A stretch of DNA of 64,000 bases, taken from contig CAVQSP010000014.1 in assembly GCA_963715985.1 (NCBI GenBank), positions 288,001 through 352,000 of the forward strand. The letters are read 5' to 3'. The notes under the pieces were generated by a model. That model saw nothing but the letters and a program-made list of their open reading frames with translations. It did not search any database and was not told where the DNA came from. Source of the stretch: an uncultured Thermoleophilia bacterium (lineage in GTDB: Bacteria > Actinomycetota > Thermoleophilia > UBA2241). Of the stretch, positions 30,212 to 40,473 are shown in pieces; positions within the stretch are counted from its first letter, which is position 1, and every line of letters starts with the position of its first letter. Made by a program: the position numbers and the translations under genes.

Positions 30212-31000
30212 TCAGGTCAGAAGTCCGGTCTCCCGCAGGTGCTCGAGGCTCGCGACCACGTACTCGTCGCGGTCGTGCTCGAGCACGACGGAGGCGCCGG
30301 CGGCGCGCGCGGCGGCCAGCACGGCTGCCGTGTCCACCACGCCGGTGCCCAGCGCCAGGTGCGGGTCGGCGTCATCGCCGGACCCGGCGTTGGAGTGGAG
30401 GTGCATGTGGCGCAGCGTGGCCTTGGGGTCCCCCAGCCAGGCGTCCAGGCACCCGGTGATGCTGGCGTGGCCGACGTCCAGGAGCAGCCCGAGGCCCTGC
30501 AGGTCGAGGTCGCCCGGGTGCGTGAAGTGAGAGTGTCCGGCGCCGGGCATGTTCTCGACGACGATCTCGATGCCGTACTGGTCCTGCAGCTCGAGCAGCC
30601 TCGTGAAGGAGGCGGCGAGCGCCGTCAGCACGAGCTCGTCACGCGGCGCGCCGTCCACCGGTCGCCAGTCGGGGTGCACCACGTACAGGCGCGCGCCGAT
30701 CTCGGCACTGGCCTCGAGGTGGCGGCGGTGCTCGTCGAGCGCCTCCAGCCTTGCGCTCTCGTCCACGTCGGCGATGCCCGTGTAGCCGAAGGGGCCGTGC
30801 ACGGTGTAGTCCAGGCCCGCCGCGGCGGCCGTGCGACGGTTGCGAGGGCTGAGCAGCGTGTGCAGGCCGAAGCTGCGGATCTCGGCGGACGGCGCCATCC
30901 CGGCCTCGACCTGCAGCTCCGCGATGCGGGCGAGGGCGGGGGTGAGCAGGGTGTCCGCGTACGCGCTGGTGGAGATGCCGATGTCGGGAAGGCCGGGCAC
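30212..31000 (-). CDS. AP endonuclease 2/xylose isomerase TIM-barrel protein (paralog 3)
   Basis: TVHGPF, VHPD, VENMP, LDVGH, HLHSN, DPHLALGTG, LEH. Confidence 0.8.
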   Translation of the reverse strand: MPGLPDIGISTSAYADTLLTPALARIAELQVEAGMAPSAEIRSFGLHTLLSPRNRRTAAAAGLDYTVHGPFGYTGIADVDESARLEALDEHRRHLEASAEIGARLYVVHPDWRPVDGAPRDELVLTALAASFTRLLELQDQYGIEIVVENMPGAGHSHFTHPGDLDLQGLGLLLDVGHASITGCLDAWLGDPKATLRHMHLHSNAGSGDDADPHLALGTGVVDTAAVLAAARAAGASVVLEHDRDEYVVASLEHLRETGLLT

Positions 31001-31116
31001 GGGACACCAGTATGGCAGAGTACGTGGCGGCCTGCCGCCGGCTCGCGGTGGCGCCTCGGCACGGGTCGCCGGCGCCGCGGAGGTTCGTCCGCCGCTCGCG
31101 CGGGTAGGCTGCCCGC

Positions 31117-32224
31117 ATGGATACTTCACTGCGCAACAAGAACTCGGGCGTCGGGGAGTCGGTACGCTCGCCTTGCAGAGCTGCCCCTGGAGGTGGAGGA
31201 GTACTCGGTGGAGCGCGCCGAGCTGGACGTCTCCAGCGGCTTTCTCCGCGTCACCACCACCGTCGTGCTGCGCGGGGGCGGCTTCGAGGGGCGCGGGGAG
31301 GACGTCACCTACGCGGCCGAGGACCACGACGACTTCCCGGCGGCACTGCCGCTGGCCGGGTCGTGGTCGTTCGGCGGCTTCTCAGAGCATCTCGGCGGCC
31401 TGGACCTGTTCCCCGGCAGGCCCCCGCAGCAGGAGTTCTTCCGCCGGTACCGGCGCTGGGGCTTCGAGAGCGCCGCGCTGGACCTGGCCCTGCGACAGCG
31501 GGGCCAGTCGCTGGGGGCGGCGCTCGGGCGCGAGTACCGGCCGGTGCGCTTCGCCGTCTCCACGCGCCTGGACATCATGCCGTGGCTTGCCGTGGACCCC
31601 CGGCTGGAGTTCAAGCTCGACCCCACTCCCGAGTGGGACCTCGAGACGATGCGCCGCATCGCCGCCACGGGTCGGGTGCGCGTCATCGACTTCAAGTCGT
31701 TCTACGAGGGTTCTCCAGTGGACAACCCACCTGACCCGGTCCAGTACCGCGACGCGGCCGACACCTTCACCGGCGCCGTGCTCGAGGATCCAGCGCTGAC
31801 CGGGCCTGCCAGAGACGCTCTGAGCGGGGAAGAGGCCCGCTTCAGCTTCGACGCGCCCGTCCATTCGTGGGCCGACGTGGAGGCTCTCACCGGGCGAGTG
31901 CGTGAGGGAGCGCCGGGCGGTGCGGACGGCCTCCCGGCCCTTCGCCACCTCAACATCAAGCCGTCGCGCTTCGGCTCGGTGCGCGCGCTGCTGGAGTGTA
32001 TCGAGCGCGCCCATGCCGCCGGCATGGAGCTGTACGGCGGCGGCCAGTTCGAGCTCGGCGTGGGCCGCGACCACATCCAGGCTTTGGCCAGCCTGTTCTA
32101 CCCCGATGGCCCCAACGACGTGGCGCCGCGCGACTACCACGGCGCGGCGCGGGCCGGCGTGCCCGCCAGCCCTCTGCAGCCGCTCGAGCAGGCGGCGGGG
32201 TTCGTGTTCTCCTTCCGTCGCTGA
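31117..32224 (+). CDS. Enolase-superfamily-like protein, start probably frameshifted near 31160
   Basis: GRGED, ESAALDLAL, KLD, EDP, NIKPSRFG, YGGGQFE. Confidence 0.6.
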
Positions 32225-32322
32225 TCTCTGCGGCCCCCTCTCCTGCGATGTAGCCTGAGGCCGGCAGCGGTCGCAGCCGGCGGCTGCGTCCGGGCGTACA
32301 TCGCGAGGCGGGGGGTCGGGCT

Positions 32323-34164
32323 GTGACGGAGGGTCCGTGGGAGGCCGCGAGTGCGGCGAGTCGGCCCGCCGCCATCGTCGGCCGGCGGGACGAGCTCGCC
32401 CTCGCGATGGCGGTGCTCGCGGACGGCCGCCACCTGCTGATCGAGGGGCCGCCCGGCGTCGGCAAGACGGCCCTCGCCGCGTGCGTCTGTGAGCGCCTGG
32501 GGCGGGCGACCGTCCGCGTGGACGGCGACCACGGCGTGTCGGCCGACCGGCTCGCCGGCTGGTTCGACCCGCCGCTCGTGCTGCGCGCCGGATATCGCTC
32601 CGACGCCTTCACCGCCGGCCCGCTGGCCGCGGCCATGAGCGAGGGCCGGATCCTTCTCGTCAACGACCTCGACCGGCTGCCGGAGGCGGCGCAGAACCTG
32701 CTCCTGCCGGCGCTCGACGAAGGGCTCCTCCAGGTGCCGCGCCTGGGCAGTGTCCGCGCCGCGCGCGGTTTCCTCGTGGTGGCCACGCGTGGCTCTGGCC
32801 GGAGACGCGGGTGCGGCGCGTGTGCGCGGAGGCGCTCCGCGACCGGTTCGAGCTGTTGCTCCCTCGGCTACCAGAGCGAGAAGGAGGAACGCGAGATCGT
32901 GAGGGCGCGGACCGGCTGCGAGGACGAGGACCTGGTGCGCGCGGCCGTCAGGATCACGCGCGCCACCCGCGTCCACCCGGCGCTCTCCCGGGGCGCGTCC
33001 GTGCGTGCCGCCATCTCGATGACGGCGCTGGCCGGCGAGCTGGGGGGCGTGAGCAGGCTGCGCCGCGCGGCCGCCGCCGCCCTGTGGGCGCGTGTCGAGC
33101 TTGACGATGCCTGTGGACGCCCGCTGGCGGACGTGATCGACGAGCTCGTCGAGGCGGCCGTCGCCGGCCGCGCGCAGCCGGCGGAGCGCCGGGCAGCCAC
33201 CGTGCGGCGTCATGACGGCGAGGGGACGGATGCCGAGTCGGGCGCGGAGTCACGCTCGAGTGAAGCGCCCGCTGCGCCCGACCCGGCGGCCGCCTGCGGC
33301 CTGGAGGCGCGCCGCGACCTCGCCGCGCGCCTCTCGCTGGACCTCCGCGACCTGGACGGCTGGGACATGGCGGCTCGCCTCTCGGCCGGCCGCCTCCCCG
33401 GCGAGACCGCCGGCGCCCGGCTCTGCGCGGAGCAGCTTGCGGCTGCGGCGGTGCTGGCCCGGGCACAGCGGCTCGTCGGCCCCCTGCGCGCGAGCACGCG
33501 TCCGGTGCGCGAGAAGCTCGCGGAGCCGCACCTGGGCGAGCTGTGCCTCGAGAACACGCTGGAGAACATCCTCGGCAAGCCGTGGGCCGAGGAGGGTGAC
33601 CTCGTGGTGGAGCGCCGCGAGGAGCGCCGGCGCGAGGCGGTGCTGATGCTCGACACCTCGCTGAGCATGGCCGGCGAGAAGATGGCGCTGGCCGCAGTGG
33701 CCGCGGCGGCGCTGGCGCTCAAGCTGCACGCCGGCGACCTCGCGCTGGTGCTCTTCGCCGACGAGGCGCGCGTGGTGGTGCGGCTGCGCGAGGAGGTGTC
33801 CGCCCGCGAGCTCGTGCGGCGCATGCTCGCGCGGCCGTGCGGCGGCGCCACCGACGTCGCGGCCGCGCTGGAGCTCGGGCAGGCCGAGCTGCGGCGCGGC
33901 CGCGACCCTCGCCGCAGCGCCGTGCTCGTCAGCGACGGCGTGTACACGGCCGGGCCGGACCCGCGCGCCGCCGCCGCCGGCTTCCCGGCGCTGCACGTGC
34001 TCCTGACCGGGACCGAGCGCGTCGGCGGAGGCTACTGGATCTCGCCGCGGCGCATGGCCGGCCGCGACGTAGCGGCGGCCGGCGGCGGCCGCGTGGTCCC
34101 CGTGGAGAGCTTCCGGGCGCTGCCGCGCCGCATGGTCGACCTGGCCGACCACGTGCTCCGCTGA
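32323..34164 (+). CDS. Fused MoxR-like AAA+ ATPase-VWA protein (compensating frameshifts ~32790-32860)
   Basis: GPPGVGKT, LAGWFDPPLVL; EALRDRFE is in an alternative frame; C-terminal LDTSLSM MIDAS, SDG. Confidence 0.75.
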   Translation: MTEGPWEAASAASRPAAIVGRRDELALAMAVLADGRHLLIEGPPGVGKTALAACVCERLGRATVRVDGDHGVSADRLAGWFDPPLVLRAGYRSDAFTAGPLAAAMSEGRILLVNDLDRLPEAAQNLLLPALDEGLLQVPRLGSVRAARGFLVVATRGSGRRRGCGACARRRSATGSSCCSLGYQSEKEEREIVRARTGCEDEDLVRAAVRITRATRVHPALSRGASVRAAISMTALAGELGGVSRLRRAAAAALWARVELDDACGRPLADVIDELVEAAVAGRAQPAERRAATVRRHDGEGTDAESGAESRSSEAPAAPDPAAACGLEARRDLAARLSLDLRDLDGWDMAARLSAGRLPGETAGARLCAEQLAAAAVLARAQRLVGPLRASTRPVREKLAEPHLGELCLENTLENILGKPWAEEGDLVVERREERRREAVLMLDTSLSMAGEKMALAAVAAAALALKLHAGDLALVLFADEARVVVRLREEVSARELVRRMLARPCGGATDVAAALELGQAELRRGRDPRRSAVLVSDGVYTAGPDPRAAAAGFPALHVLLTGTERVGGGYWISPRRMAGRDVAAAGGGRVVPVESFRALPRRMVDLADHVLR

Positions 34165-34257
34165 GGCCGTGAGGCTGGTACACTGGCGCATCGTCGTGCG
34201 CCGGAGACGGCTGCCCCAGCGGTCGCGCCGGCCGGTCCGGACCCCGGAGGGAGACAC

Positions 34258-34797
34258 GTGAGCGACACGTCACACGAGCAGTTGCGCGAACGGGCGCTCG
34301 CCGCCGGTGCCAGCGACGCCGTCGTGGTCGGCCCATCGACCATCGTCACGGCCGAGTGGGTGCGCATGAAGTGCCTCTACGGCTGCACCCCGGGCGGCTG
34401 CCTCAACTGCCCGCCGCACTCGCCCACACCGCGGGAGACGCGCCGCCTCCTCGACGAGTACGAGACCATCCTGCTGCTCCGTTTCGACGTCGACTCCACG
34501 CGCACCGAGTGGCTCGCCTCGAGCGCCTGGGTCCACGACACCGCCTTGCGGCTGGAGCGCGAGCTCTTCCTGGAAGGGTTCTACAAGGTGTTCGCCATCG
34601 CCGGCGGGCGCCCGTGCGATCTGGAGGAGGACTGCGGCCGCCCCGAGACCTGCGCCAGCCGCGAGGGCCTGCGCCCGGGTCCTGTGGCCTGCGGCATCGA
34701 CGTGTTCACCACCAGCGCCAACGCCGGCTGGCCGTTGGCAGTGGTACAGGCGCCCGGCGAGCCGTATCATCGCTACGCACTCATCCTCGTCGCGTGA
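34258..34797 (+). CDS. DUF2284-like Cys-rich metal-binding protein
   Basis: EWVRMKCLYGC..CPP, LERELFLEGFYK, CGIDVF. Confidence 0.75.
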   Translation: MSDTSHEQLRERALAAGASDAVVVGPSTIVTAEWVRMKCLYGCTPGGCLNCPPHSPTPRETRRLLDEYETILLLRFDVDSTRTEWLASSAWVHDTALRLERELFLEGFYKVFAIAGGRPCDLEEDCGRPETCASREGLRPGPVACGIDVFTTSANAGWPLAVVQAPGEPYHRYALILVA

Positions 34798-34860
34798 CAG
34801 AAGGCCCGCGACGCACCGATCCACTGCAGTCTGACACCGCCGGACCCTGAGGTTGACCAT

Positions 34861-35772
34861 ATGACCCCCATCGAGAAGATCAAGCGCGAGCACGGCATCA
34901 TCGGCCGCGACCAGGAGCTCGCCATGGCACTGGCCGTGCTCGGCGCCGGCCGCCACCTGCTCCTCGAGGGGCCGGTGGGCGTGGGCAAGACCACAGTGGC
35001 CCTCGCCGTGTGCGCCCACCTCGGCCGCGACACCGTACGCGTGGACGGCGACGACCGCTACTCCGAGAGCAAGCTCACCGGCTGGTTCGACCCGCCGCTG
35101 GTGCTCAAGCAGGGCTACCGCGAAGAGTCGTTCTTCCCCGGCCCGCTGGTGGAAGCCATGCGCGGCGGCCGCGTGCTGTTCATCAACGAGCTCAACCGCA
35201 TGCCGGAGTCGGTGCAGAACGTGCTGCTGCCGGCACTCGACGAGCGCATCCTGCAGGTGCCGCACATCGGCCAGGTGCGTGCCGCCGAGGGCTTCCAGGT
35301 GGTGGCCACGCAGAACCCCGTGGAGTACGTGGCCACCGGACACCTCTCCGAGGCGCTCCGCGACCGCTTCGAGCACCAGGCGCTGCTCTACCAGTCCGCG
35401 GCCGAGGAGACGGACATCGTGATCGCCGAGACCGGCAGCGACGACCTCGGTCTGGTGACCACCGCGGTCCGACTCACCCGCGGCACGCGCCTGCACGCAC
35501 GCTTCCGCAAGGGCTCGTCCGTGCGCGGCGCCATCGCCACGGTGGCCATCGCCGAGGGCCTGTGGGCCACGAACCAGGACGCCTGCGGCTCCGTGAGCCG
35601 CGAGGTGCTGCGCCGCGCGGCCGAAGCCGCCCTCACCACGCGTGTGGACCTGCGCGACGATATCGACGCGGAGTTCGGCACGGCCCTCGACGAGCTCTTC
35701 GACCTCGTCGTCGACAAGGGCCTGGATCCCGACGAGGTGCTGGGCACAGCGGAGGCCTCCCCAAAAGTGTGA
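34861..35772 (+). CDS. MoxR-like AAA+ ATPase
   Basis: GPVGVGKT, LFINELNR, ATQNP, EALRDRF. Confidence 0.88.
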   Translation: MTPIEKIKREHGIIGRDQELAMALAVLGAGRHLLLEGPVGVGKTTVALAVCAHLGRDTVRVDGDDRYSESKLTGWFDPPLVLKQGYREESFFPGPLVEAMRGGRVLFINELNRMPESVQNVLLPALDERILQVPHIGQVRAAEGFQVVATQNPVEYVATGHLSEALRDRFEHQALLYQSAAEETDIVIAETGSDDLGLVTTAVRLTRGTRLHARFRKGSSVRGAIATVAIAEGLWATNQDACGSVSREVLRRAAEAALTTRVDLRDDIDAEFGTALDELFDLVVDKGLDPDEVLGTAEASPKV

Positions 35773-36698
35773 GCGCCTCCGGCAAGGGGCTCGACCAGAT
35801 GCGGAAGCGCCCCAGGACCAGGCCGGTGCAGACGCGCGAGCCGCCGCCACCGGAGCACGACGTCGCTATGGAGGCGCTGTCCAAGCGCTACCGCATGGAG
35901 GTGGACGACCTCGACGGCTGGTCGGTCGCGGTCAACCTCACCAAGACCGGCTGCCGCATCGTGGACCCGACGCTGCGTCACTACGCCGAGAAGCTGGCGG
36001 CGCGCGCCGTGCTGGCCCGCGCCCACCGCATCGTCGGCCCGCTGCGCGGCACCACGCACGTTGTGCGTGAGCGGCTCCGCGAGCCGTTCGCCGGCGAGAT
36101 CGACCTCGAGGCCACCATCGACAACGTGCTCGGCAAGGAGTACCCGGAGATCGGCGACTGGGTGGTGAAGCACCGCGAAGAGCGGCGCCACCAGGTGGTG
36201 CTCATGGTCGACACGTCGCTCTCCATGTCGGGCGAGAACATGGCCATCGCTTCAGTCGCCGCCGCCGTGCTGGCCCTCAAGCTGCACCCCGAGGACCTCT
36301 CCGTCGTCGTGTTCGAGAACACGGCCAAGGCGGTGACGCATCTGGAGGTCGCGGACGCGCCCGAGACGGTGGTGGAGCGCATGTTGGACCAGCCGGTGAA
36401 CGGCTATACCAACATCTCGGCCGCCCTGGAGCTCGGCGCGAGGGAGCTGGAGCGCGGCCGCAACCCCCGCCGCAGCGGCCTGCTCATCACCGACGGCGTC
36501 GTGACGGCGGGCGGCGACCCGGTGCACCTCGCGCACCGCTTCCCCAAGCTCTTCGTCCTGCTCACGGAGGACTACAAGTCCAACCCCAGGTTGTGCCGCG
36601 AGCTGGCCGACGCCGCCAAGGGCGACGTCTTCCCGGTCAACACGTTCCGTGAGCTGCCCTCCCGCCTGCTGACGGTGGCCAACCGCGTGCTGCGGTAG
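35769..36698 (+). CDS. VWA domain protein
   Basis: VDTSLSM MIDAS, YTNISAAL, LLITDG. Confidence 0.85.
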   Translation: MSASGKGLDQMRKRPRTRPVQTREPPPPEHDVAMEALSKRYRMEVDDLDGWSVAVNLTKTGCRIVDPTLRHYAEKLAARAVLARAHRIVGPLRGTTHVVRERLREPFAGEIDLEATIDNVLGKEYPEIGDWVVKHREERRHQVVLMVDTSLSMSGENMAIASVAAAVLALKLHPEDLSVVVFENTAKAVTHLEVADAPETVVERMLDQPVNGYTNISAALELGARELERGRNPRRSGLLITDGVVTAGGDPVHLAHRFPKLFVLLTEDYKSNPRLCRELADAAKGDVFPVNTFRELPSRLLTVANRVLR

Positions 36699-36746
36699 AC
36701 TGTGCGCGGGGCGCCACCGCGCCCCTTCACGCGCAAGGAGACAGTG

Positions 36747-37250
36747 GTGGCAGTGTTCGGACCCCCCAACGTCGCCAAGCTCGAGGCAGTCGGCAAGATC
36801 GACGGGCTCGTGCGGGCGGCCAAGTACAAGAAGGACCCGGCCGTGGCCGCCGACGCGCGCCGCGCCCTCACGGGCTTCCTGGACAAGGTCATCCAGCGGC
36901 TGGACACCAAGAACATCGTGCAGCTCGACACGGCCCGCGAGGCCCTCGTCATCATCGGCCCGCCGGCCCGCGACCGCCTCATCTTCATCCTGCAGCAGGG
37001 CCACCTCCACCGCCGCCAGGATGCCGCCTATGTTCTGGGCATGATGGGTGACTCCGAGGCAGTCCAGCCGTTGTGCGTAGCCATGCACAACCCCGACGCG
37101 CTGCTGCGCATGATCATCGTGGAGGCGCTGGGCAAGATCGGCGACCCGGCGGCCACCGACACGCTGCGGCGGGCCCTGGGCGACCCGGAACCTCGCGTGG
37201 CCACCGCGGCGTCCAAGGCGCTGAAGAAGCTCCGCGTGGAGCCTTCTTGA
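36747..37250 (+). CDS. HEAT repeat protein
   Basis: AAYVLG, VEALGKIGD, ALGDPEPRVATAA repeats. Confidence 0.8.
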   Translation: MAVFGPPNVAKLEAVGKIDGLVRAAKYKKDPAVAADARRALTGFLDKVIQRLDTKNIVQLDTAREALVIIGPPARDRLIFILQQGHLHRRQDAAYVLGMMGDSEAVQPLCVAMHNPDALLRMIIVEALGKIGDPAATDTLRRALGDPEPRVATAASKALKKLRVEPS

Positions 37251-37422
37251 CGCACCAGCGTTGCCCGTGGGTACACTCGCAGTGACGCGGGCGCCGTGGA
37301 GCGCGCCCGCATCACAGGGCGTGAGGAGGTCCGTTGCAGTCTGTCGCTGTCGTCCTGCACTCGTGGTCTGAACCGAGCGCCGCCCGGACGGCGGGCGACG
37401 GCCCGATGAGGAGCGAGGCCGC

Positions 37423-39207
37423 GTGAGCGTGCTGACGCTGGACGGGCCGGCCTTCTCGAGGGCCCTGCGTGGCGGCGCCCTCGCGGTGATGCGCGAGCAG
37501 GAGGTCCTCAACCGCATCAACGTGTTCCCGGTGCGCGATGCGGACACCGGAGCCAATCTCGCGGCGACGCTCAAGGCGGCTGCGGCCCGTCTGGGAGCGG
37601 CCTCGGCCGTGGGCGTGGGGGAGGCGGCCCGTGTGGCCGCCGACGGCGCCCTCGAGGGCGCCCGCGGTAACTCCGGCGCCATCTTCGCGCAGTTCCTCCA
37701 CGGCCTCGCCGGCGGCATGGCACCGCACCAGCAGGTCGACGGGGTCCAGTTCGCGGTCGCCGCCGGCCTCGGCACGGACTCCGCCTACTCCGCCTTGCAG
37801 GAGCCGCGTGAGGGCACCATCCTCTCCGTGTTGCGCGCCTGGTCGCGCGAGCTCACGCGCCGGGCCCACGAGGACGAGTTCGTCGAGATGATGCACGGCG
37901 GCCTCGTGGAGGCGCGGGCGGCGCTCGCCGAGACGGAGCACCAGCTCAAGGTCCTGGCCCTCAACCACGTGGTGGACGCAGGCGGCCAGGGGTTCGTGTA
38001 CTTCCTCGAGGGCCTGCTCGAGTCGTTGCGCGGGCGTAGCCCGCAGTGGGCGCCGGCGGAGGCATCGCCGCGCGGCATCCCTCCGTTCTCGCCCGGCCAC
38101 GATGAGGTCGACGACCGGTATCGCTACTGCAGCGAGGTCCTTCTGGCGCCGGATGACGGCCGGGCGCTGTCGCGCGACGCCGTCATGGCCGCGGTCGGGG
38201 GGCTCGGCGATTCCCTCGTGGTGGCGGGCGGCGAGCGGCGGCTGCGCGTGCACCTGCACACCAACGAGCCGCAGCGCTTCATCGCCACCGTCGCGAGCCT
38301 CGGCGTGCTCGAGCGCAGCAAGATCGACGACATGGTCCTGCAGCAGCTGGCCGGGCGCGAGTCCACGGTGGCGCTGGTCACCGATTCCACCACGGACATG
38401 CCCGAGGAGGACGCCTTCAAGCTCGGCGTCGTCACGGTGCCGCTCACGCTCGTGCTCGGCGACGAGGAGTACCTCGACGGCGTGGACATCACGGCGGAGG
38501 GGTTCGTGAGGCGCGTCAGCGACAGCTCCCTCGCACCTCACTCCTCGCAGCCGGCGGCGTCCGACTTCGCGGAGACCTACCGGCGCCTGCTCGAGTACCA
38601 CGACGGCGTACTCTCCGTGCACATCGCCGGCGCGATGTCGGGCACGGTGCAGGCTGCGCGCGCCGCGGCCCGCGAAGTCGACCCCGAGCGCGTTCGCGTG
38701 GTGGACACGCGCTCCGTCTCGGTGGGCTCCGGGCTGGTCCTGGAGGCCGCGGGAGAGGCGGTCGCCGGCGGCGCCGGTCTCGACGAGGTGGCCGCCGCGG
38801 CCGAGCAGGCTGCGCGGGACGTGCGCGTGTTCGGCGCCCCGGCCTCGCTCGAATTCGCCGTGCGCGGCGGCCGCGTGAGCCCCCGCATGGCGCGCACGCT
38901 GAAACGTCTTCACTTGGCCCCCATCATCGTCTTCGACGAGACCGGCAGGGCGGGCAAGGGAGGGGCTGCGCTCGGGTTCGATCGCGCCCTGGACGCCATC
39001 GTCAAGCGCGCCCTGCGCTACGCCGGCGGCGCTCCGGCCCGTGCCATGGTCGTGCACAGCGGCGATCCGGCGGGCGCCGCGCACGTTTCCGCCCGCCTGC
39101 AGGCCGCTCTGGGCGGCGACGTGCCCGTGGTCCGTGCGGGGGCGGTGCTCACCAGCCACGTCGGGCTGGGCTCGGTCACCGTCGCCATCCGCCGCCTGCC
39201 CGGCTGA
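37423..39207 (+). CDS. DAK2-DegV fusion (fatty acid kinase A and B domains)
   Basis: LNRINVFPVRDADTG, GARGNSG, EGTILSV, VDAGG, VHLHTN; then VTDST, SSQP, DTRSVS, SHVG DegV motifs. Confidence 0.88.
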   Translation: MSVLTLDGPAFSRALRGGALAVMREQEVLNRINVFPVRDADTGANLAATLKAAAARLGAASAVGVGEAARVAADGALEGARGNSGAIFAQFLHGLAGGMAPHQQVDGVQFAVAAGLGTDSAYSALQEPREGTILSVLRAWSRELTRRAHEDEFVEMMHGGLVEARAALAETEHQLKVLALNHVVDAGGQGFVYFLEGLLESLRGRSPQWAPAEASPRGIPPFSPGHDEVDDRYRYCSEVLLAPDDGRALSRDAVMAAVGGLGDSLVVAGGERRLRVHLHTNEPQRFIATVASLGVLERSKIDDMVLQQLAGRESTVALVTDSTTDMPEEDAFKLGVVTVPLTLVLGDEEYLDGVDITAEGFVRRVSDSSLAPHSSQPAASDFAETYRRLLEYHDGVLSVHIAGAMSGTVQAARAAAREVDPERVRVVDTRSVSVGSGLVLEAAGEAVAGGAGLDEVAAAAEQAARDVRVFGAPASLEFAVRGGRVSPRMARTLKRLHLAPIIVFDETGRAGKGGAALGFDRALDAIVKRALRYAGGAPARAMVVHSGDPAGAAHVSARLQAALGGDVPVVRAGAVLTSHVGLGSVTVAIRRLPG

Positions 39208-39339
39208 GCTCACGCCTCGCCGACATCGCGTCGCGCCCGGGGCGCAAAACACCGGCTGCGTGATGTTTTCGCCGCCGTGCCCCCGGGAAGTGACTCCACG
39301 GGTCCCTGCTGGGCCCGCCGTTCCTACCCTGGAGGACCG

Positions 39340-40473
39340 ATGGCCGTTCGCATAGGCGTGCCCCGCGAGACCGCGACGGGCGAGACGCGTGTGGCCCTGG
39401 TGCCGGCGGTGGCCGAGAAGTACGCGGCTTTGGGCGCAGAGGTCCTGCTGGAGAAGGGCGCCGGGCAGCTCAGCCACCTCTACGACGCCGAGTACACGGC
39501 GGTCACGCTCGTGGACACCGCCGCCGAGGCGCTCGGCGCCGACGTGGTCCTCAAGGTCGATCCACCCTCGCCGGCAGAGACCGCGCAGATGCGCGAAGGC
39601 GCCGTCGTCGTCGGCCTGCTGCATCCGTACAAGGCCTTTGAAGACATCACCGCGCTGCGGGACCGCAAGGTCACGAGCTTCGCCTTGGAGCTGCTGCCGC
39701 GCATCTCGCGCGCCCAGTCCATGGACGCTCTCACCTCGCAGGCGTCCATCGCCGGGTACAAGGCCGTGCTCATGGCCGCGTGCATGGCCGGCCGCTACTT
39801 CCCGATGCTCACCACCCCGGCCGGCACGCTGCGCCCGGCCAAGGTCGTGGTGCTCGGCGTCGGCGTGGCCGGGCTGCAGGCCATCGCCACGGCCCGGCGT
39901 CTCGGCGCCGTGGTGGAGGCCTACGACGTGCGCGCCGCCACGCGCGAGCAGGTGCAGTCGCTGGGCGGGCGCTTCATCGACACCGGCATCGACGCCGAGG
40001 CCGAGGGCGGCTACGCCCGCGAGCTCACCGACGAGGAGAAGGCCAAGGCCCAGGAGATCGTCGACAAGCACCTCGTGGATGCCGACGCGATCATCACGAC
40101 GGCCGCCATTCCCGGCCGGCCGTCGCCCAAGCTCGTCAGTGCCGCCGTGGTCGACCGCATGAAGCCGGGCGCGGTGATCATCGATATGGCCGCCGAGGGC
40201 GGCGGCAACTGCGATCTCACCAGGCCCGGAGAGCAGTACAACCATCCCAACGGCGTCTTCATCTATGGGCCGCTCAACATCCCCGGCATGCTGCCGGTGC
40301 ACGCCAGCGACCAGTACGCGCGCAACCTCATGCACTTCCTCACGCCGTTCATCGTGGAGGGCGAGCTCAAGCTGGACTGGAGCGACGAGGTGCTGGCGGG
40401 CAGCGTCCTCACGCACGACGGCGCCATCGTCAACGAGCGCGTCCGTGCTCTGGTGGAAGGAGAGGCGCCATGA
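39340..40473 (+). CDS. pntA: NAD(P) transhydrogenase subunit alpha, part 1
   Basis: GETRVALVP, RISRAQSMDAL, GVGVAGLQAI, GGNC. Confidence 0.95.
   Translation: MAVRIGVPRETATGETRVALVPAVAEKYAALGAEVLLEKGAGQLSHLYDAEYTAVTLVDTAAEALGADVVLKVDPPSPAETAQMREGAVVVGLLHPYKAFEDITALRDRKVTSFALELLPRISRAQSMDALTSQASIAGYKAVLMAACMAGRYFPMLTTPAGTLRPAKVVVLGVGVAGLQAIATARRLGAVVEAYDVRAATREQVQSLGGRFIDTGIDAEAEGGYARELTDEEKAKAQEIVDKHLVDADAIITTAAIPGRPSPKLVSAAVVDRMKPGAVIIDMAAEGGGNCDLTRPGEQYNHPNGVFIYGPLNIPGMLPVHASDQYARNLMHFLTPFIVEGELKLDWSDEVLAGSVLTHDGAIVNERVRALVEGEAP

Noticed and set aside
37312-40416. 1034-aa ORF on the minus strand, and many similar long overlapping ORFs
   Set aside because: Antisense shadows of real high-GC genes (DAK2-DegV, pntA) with no recognisable motifs
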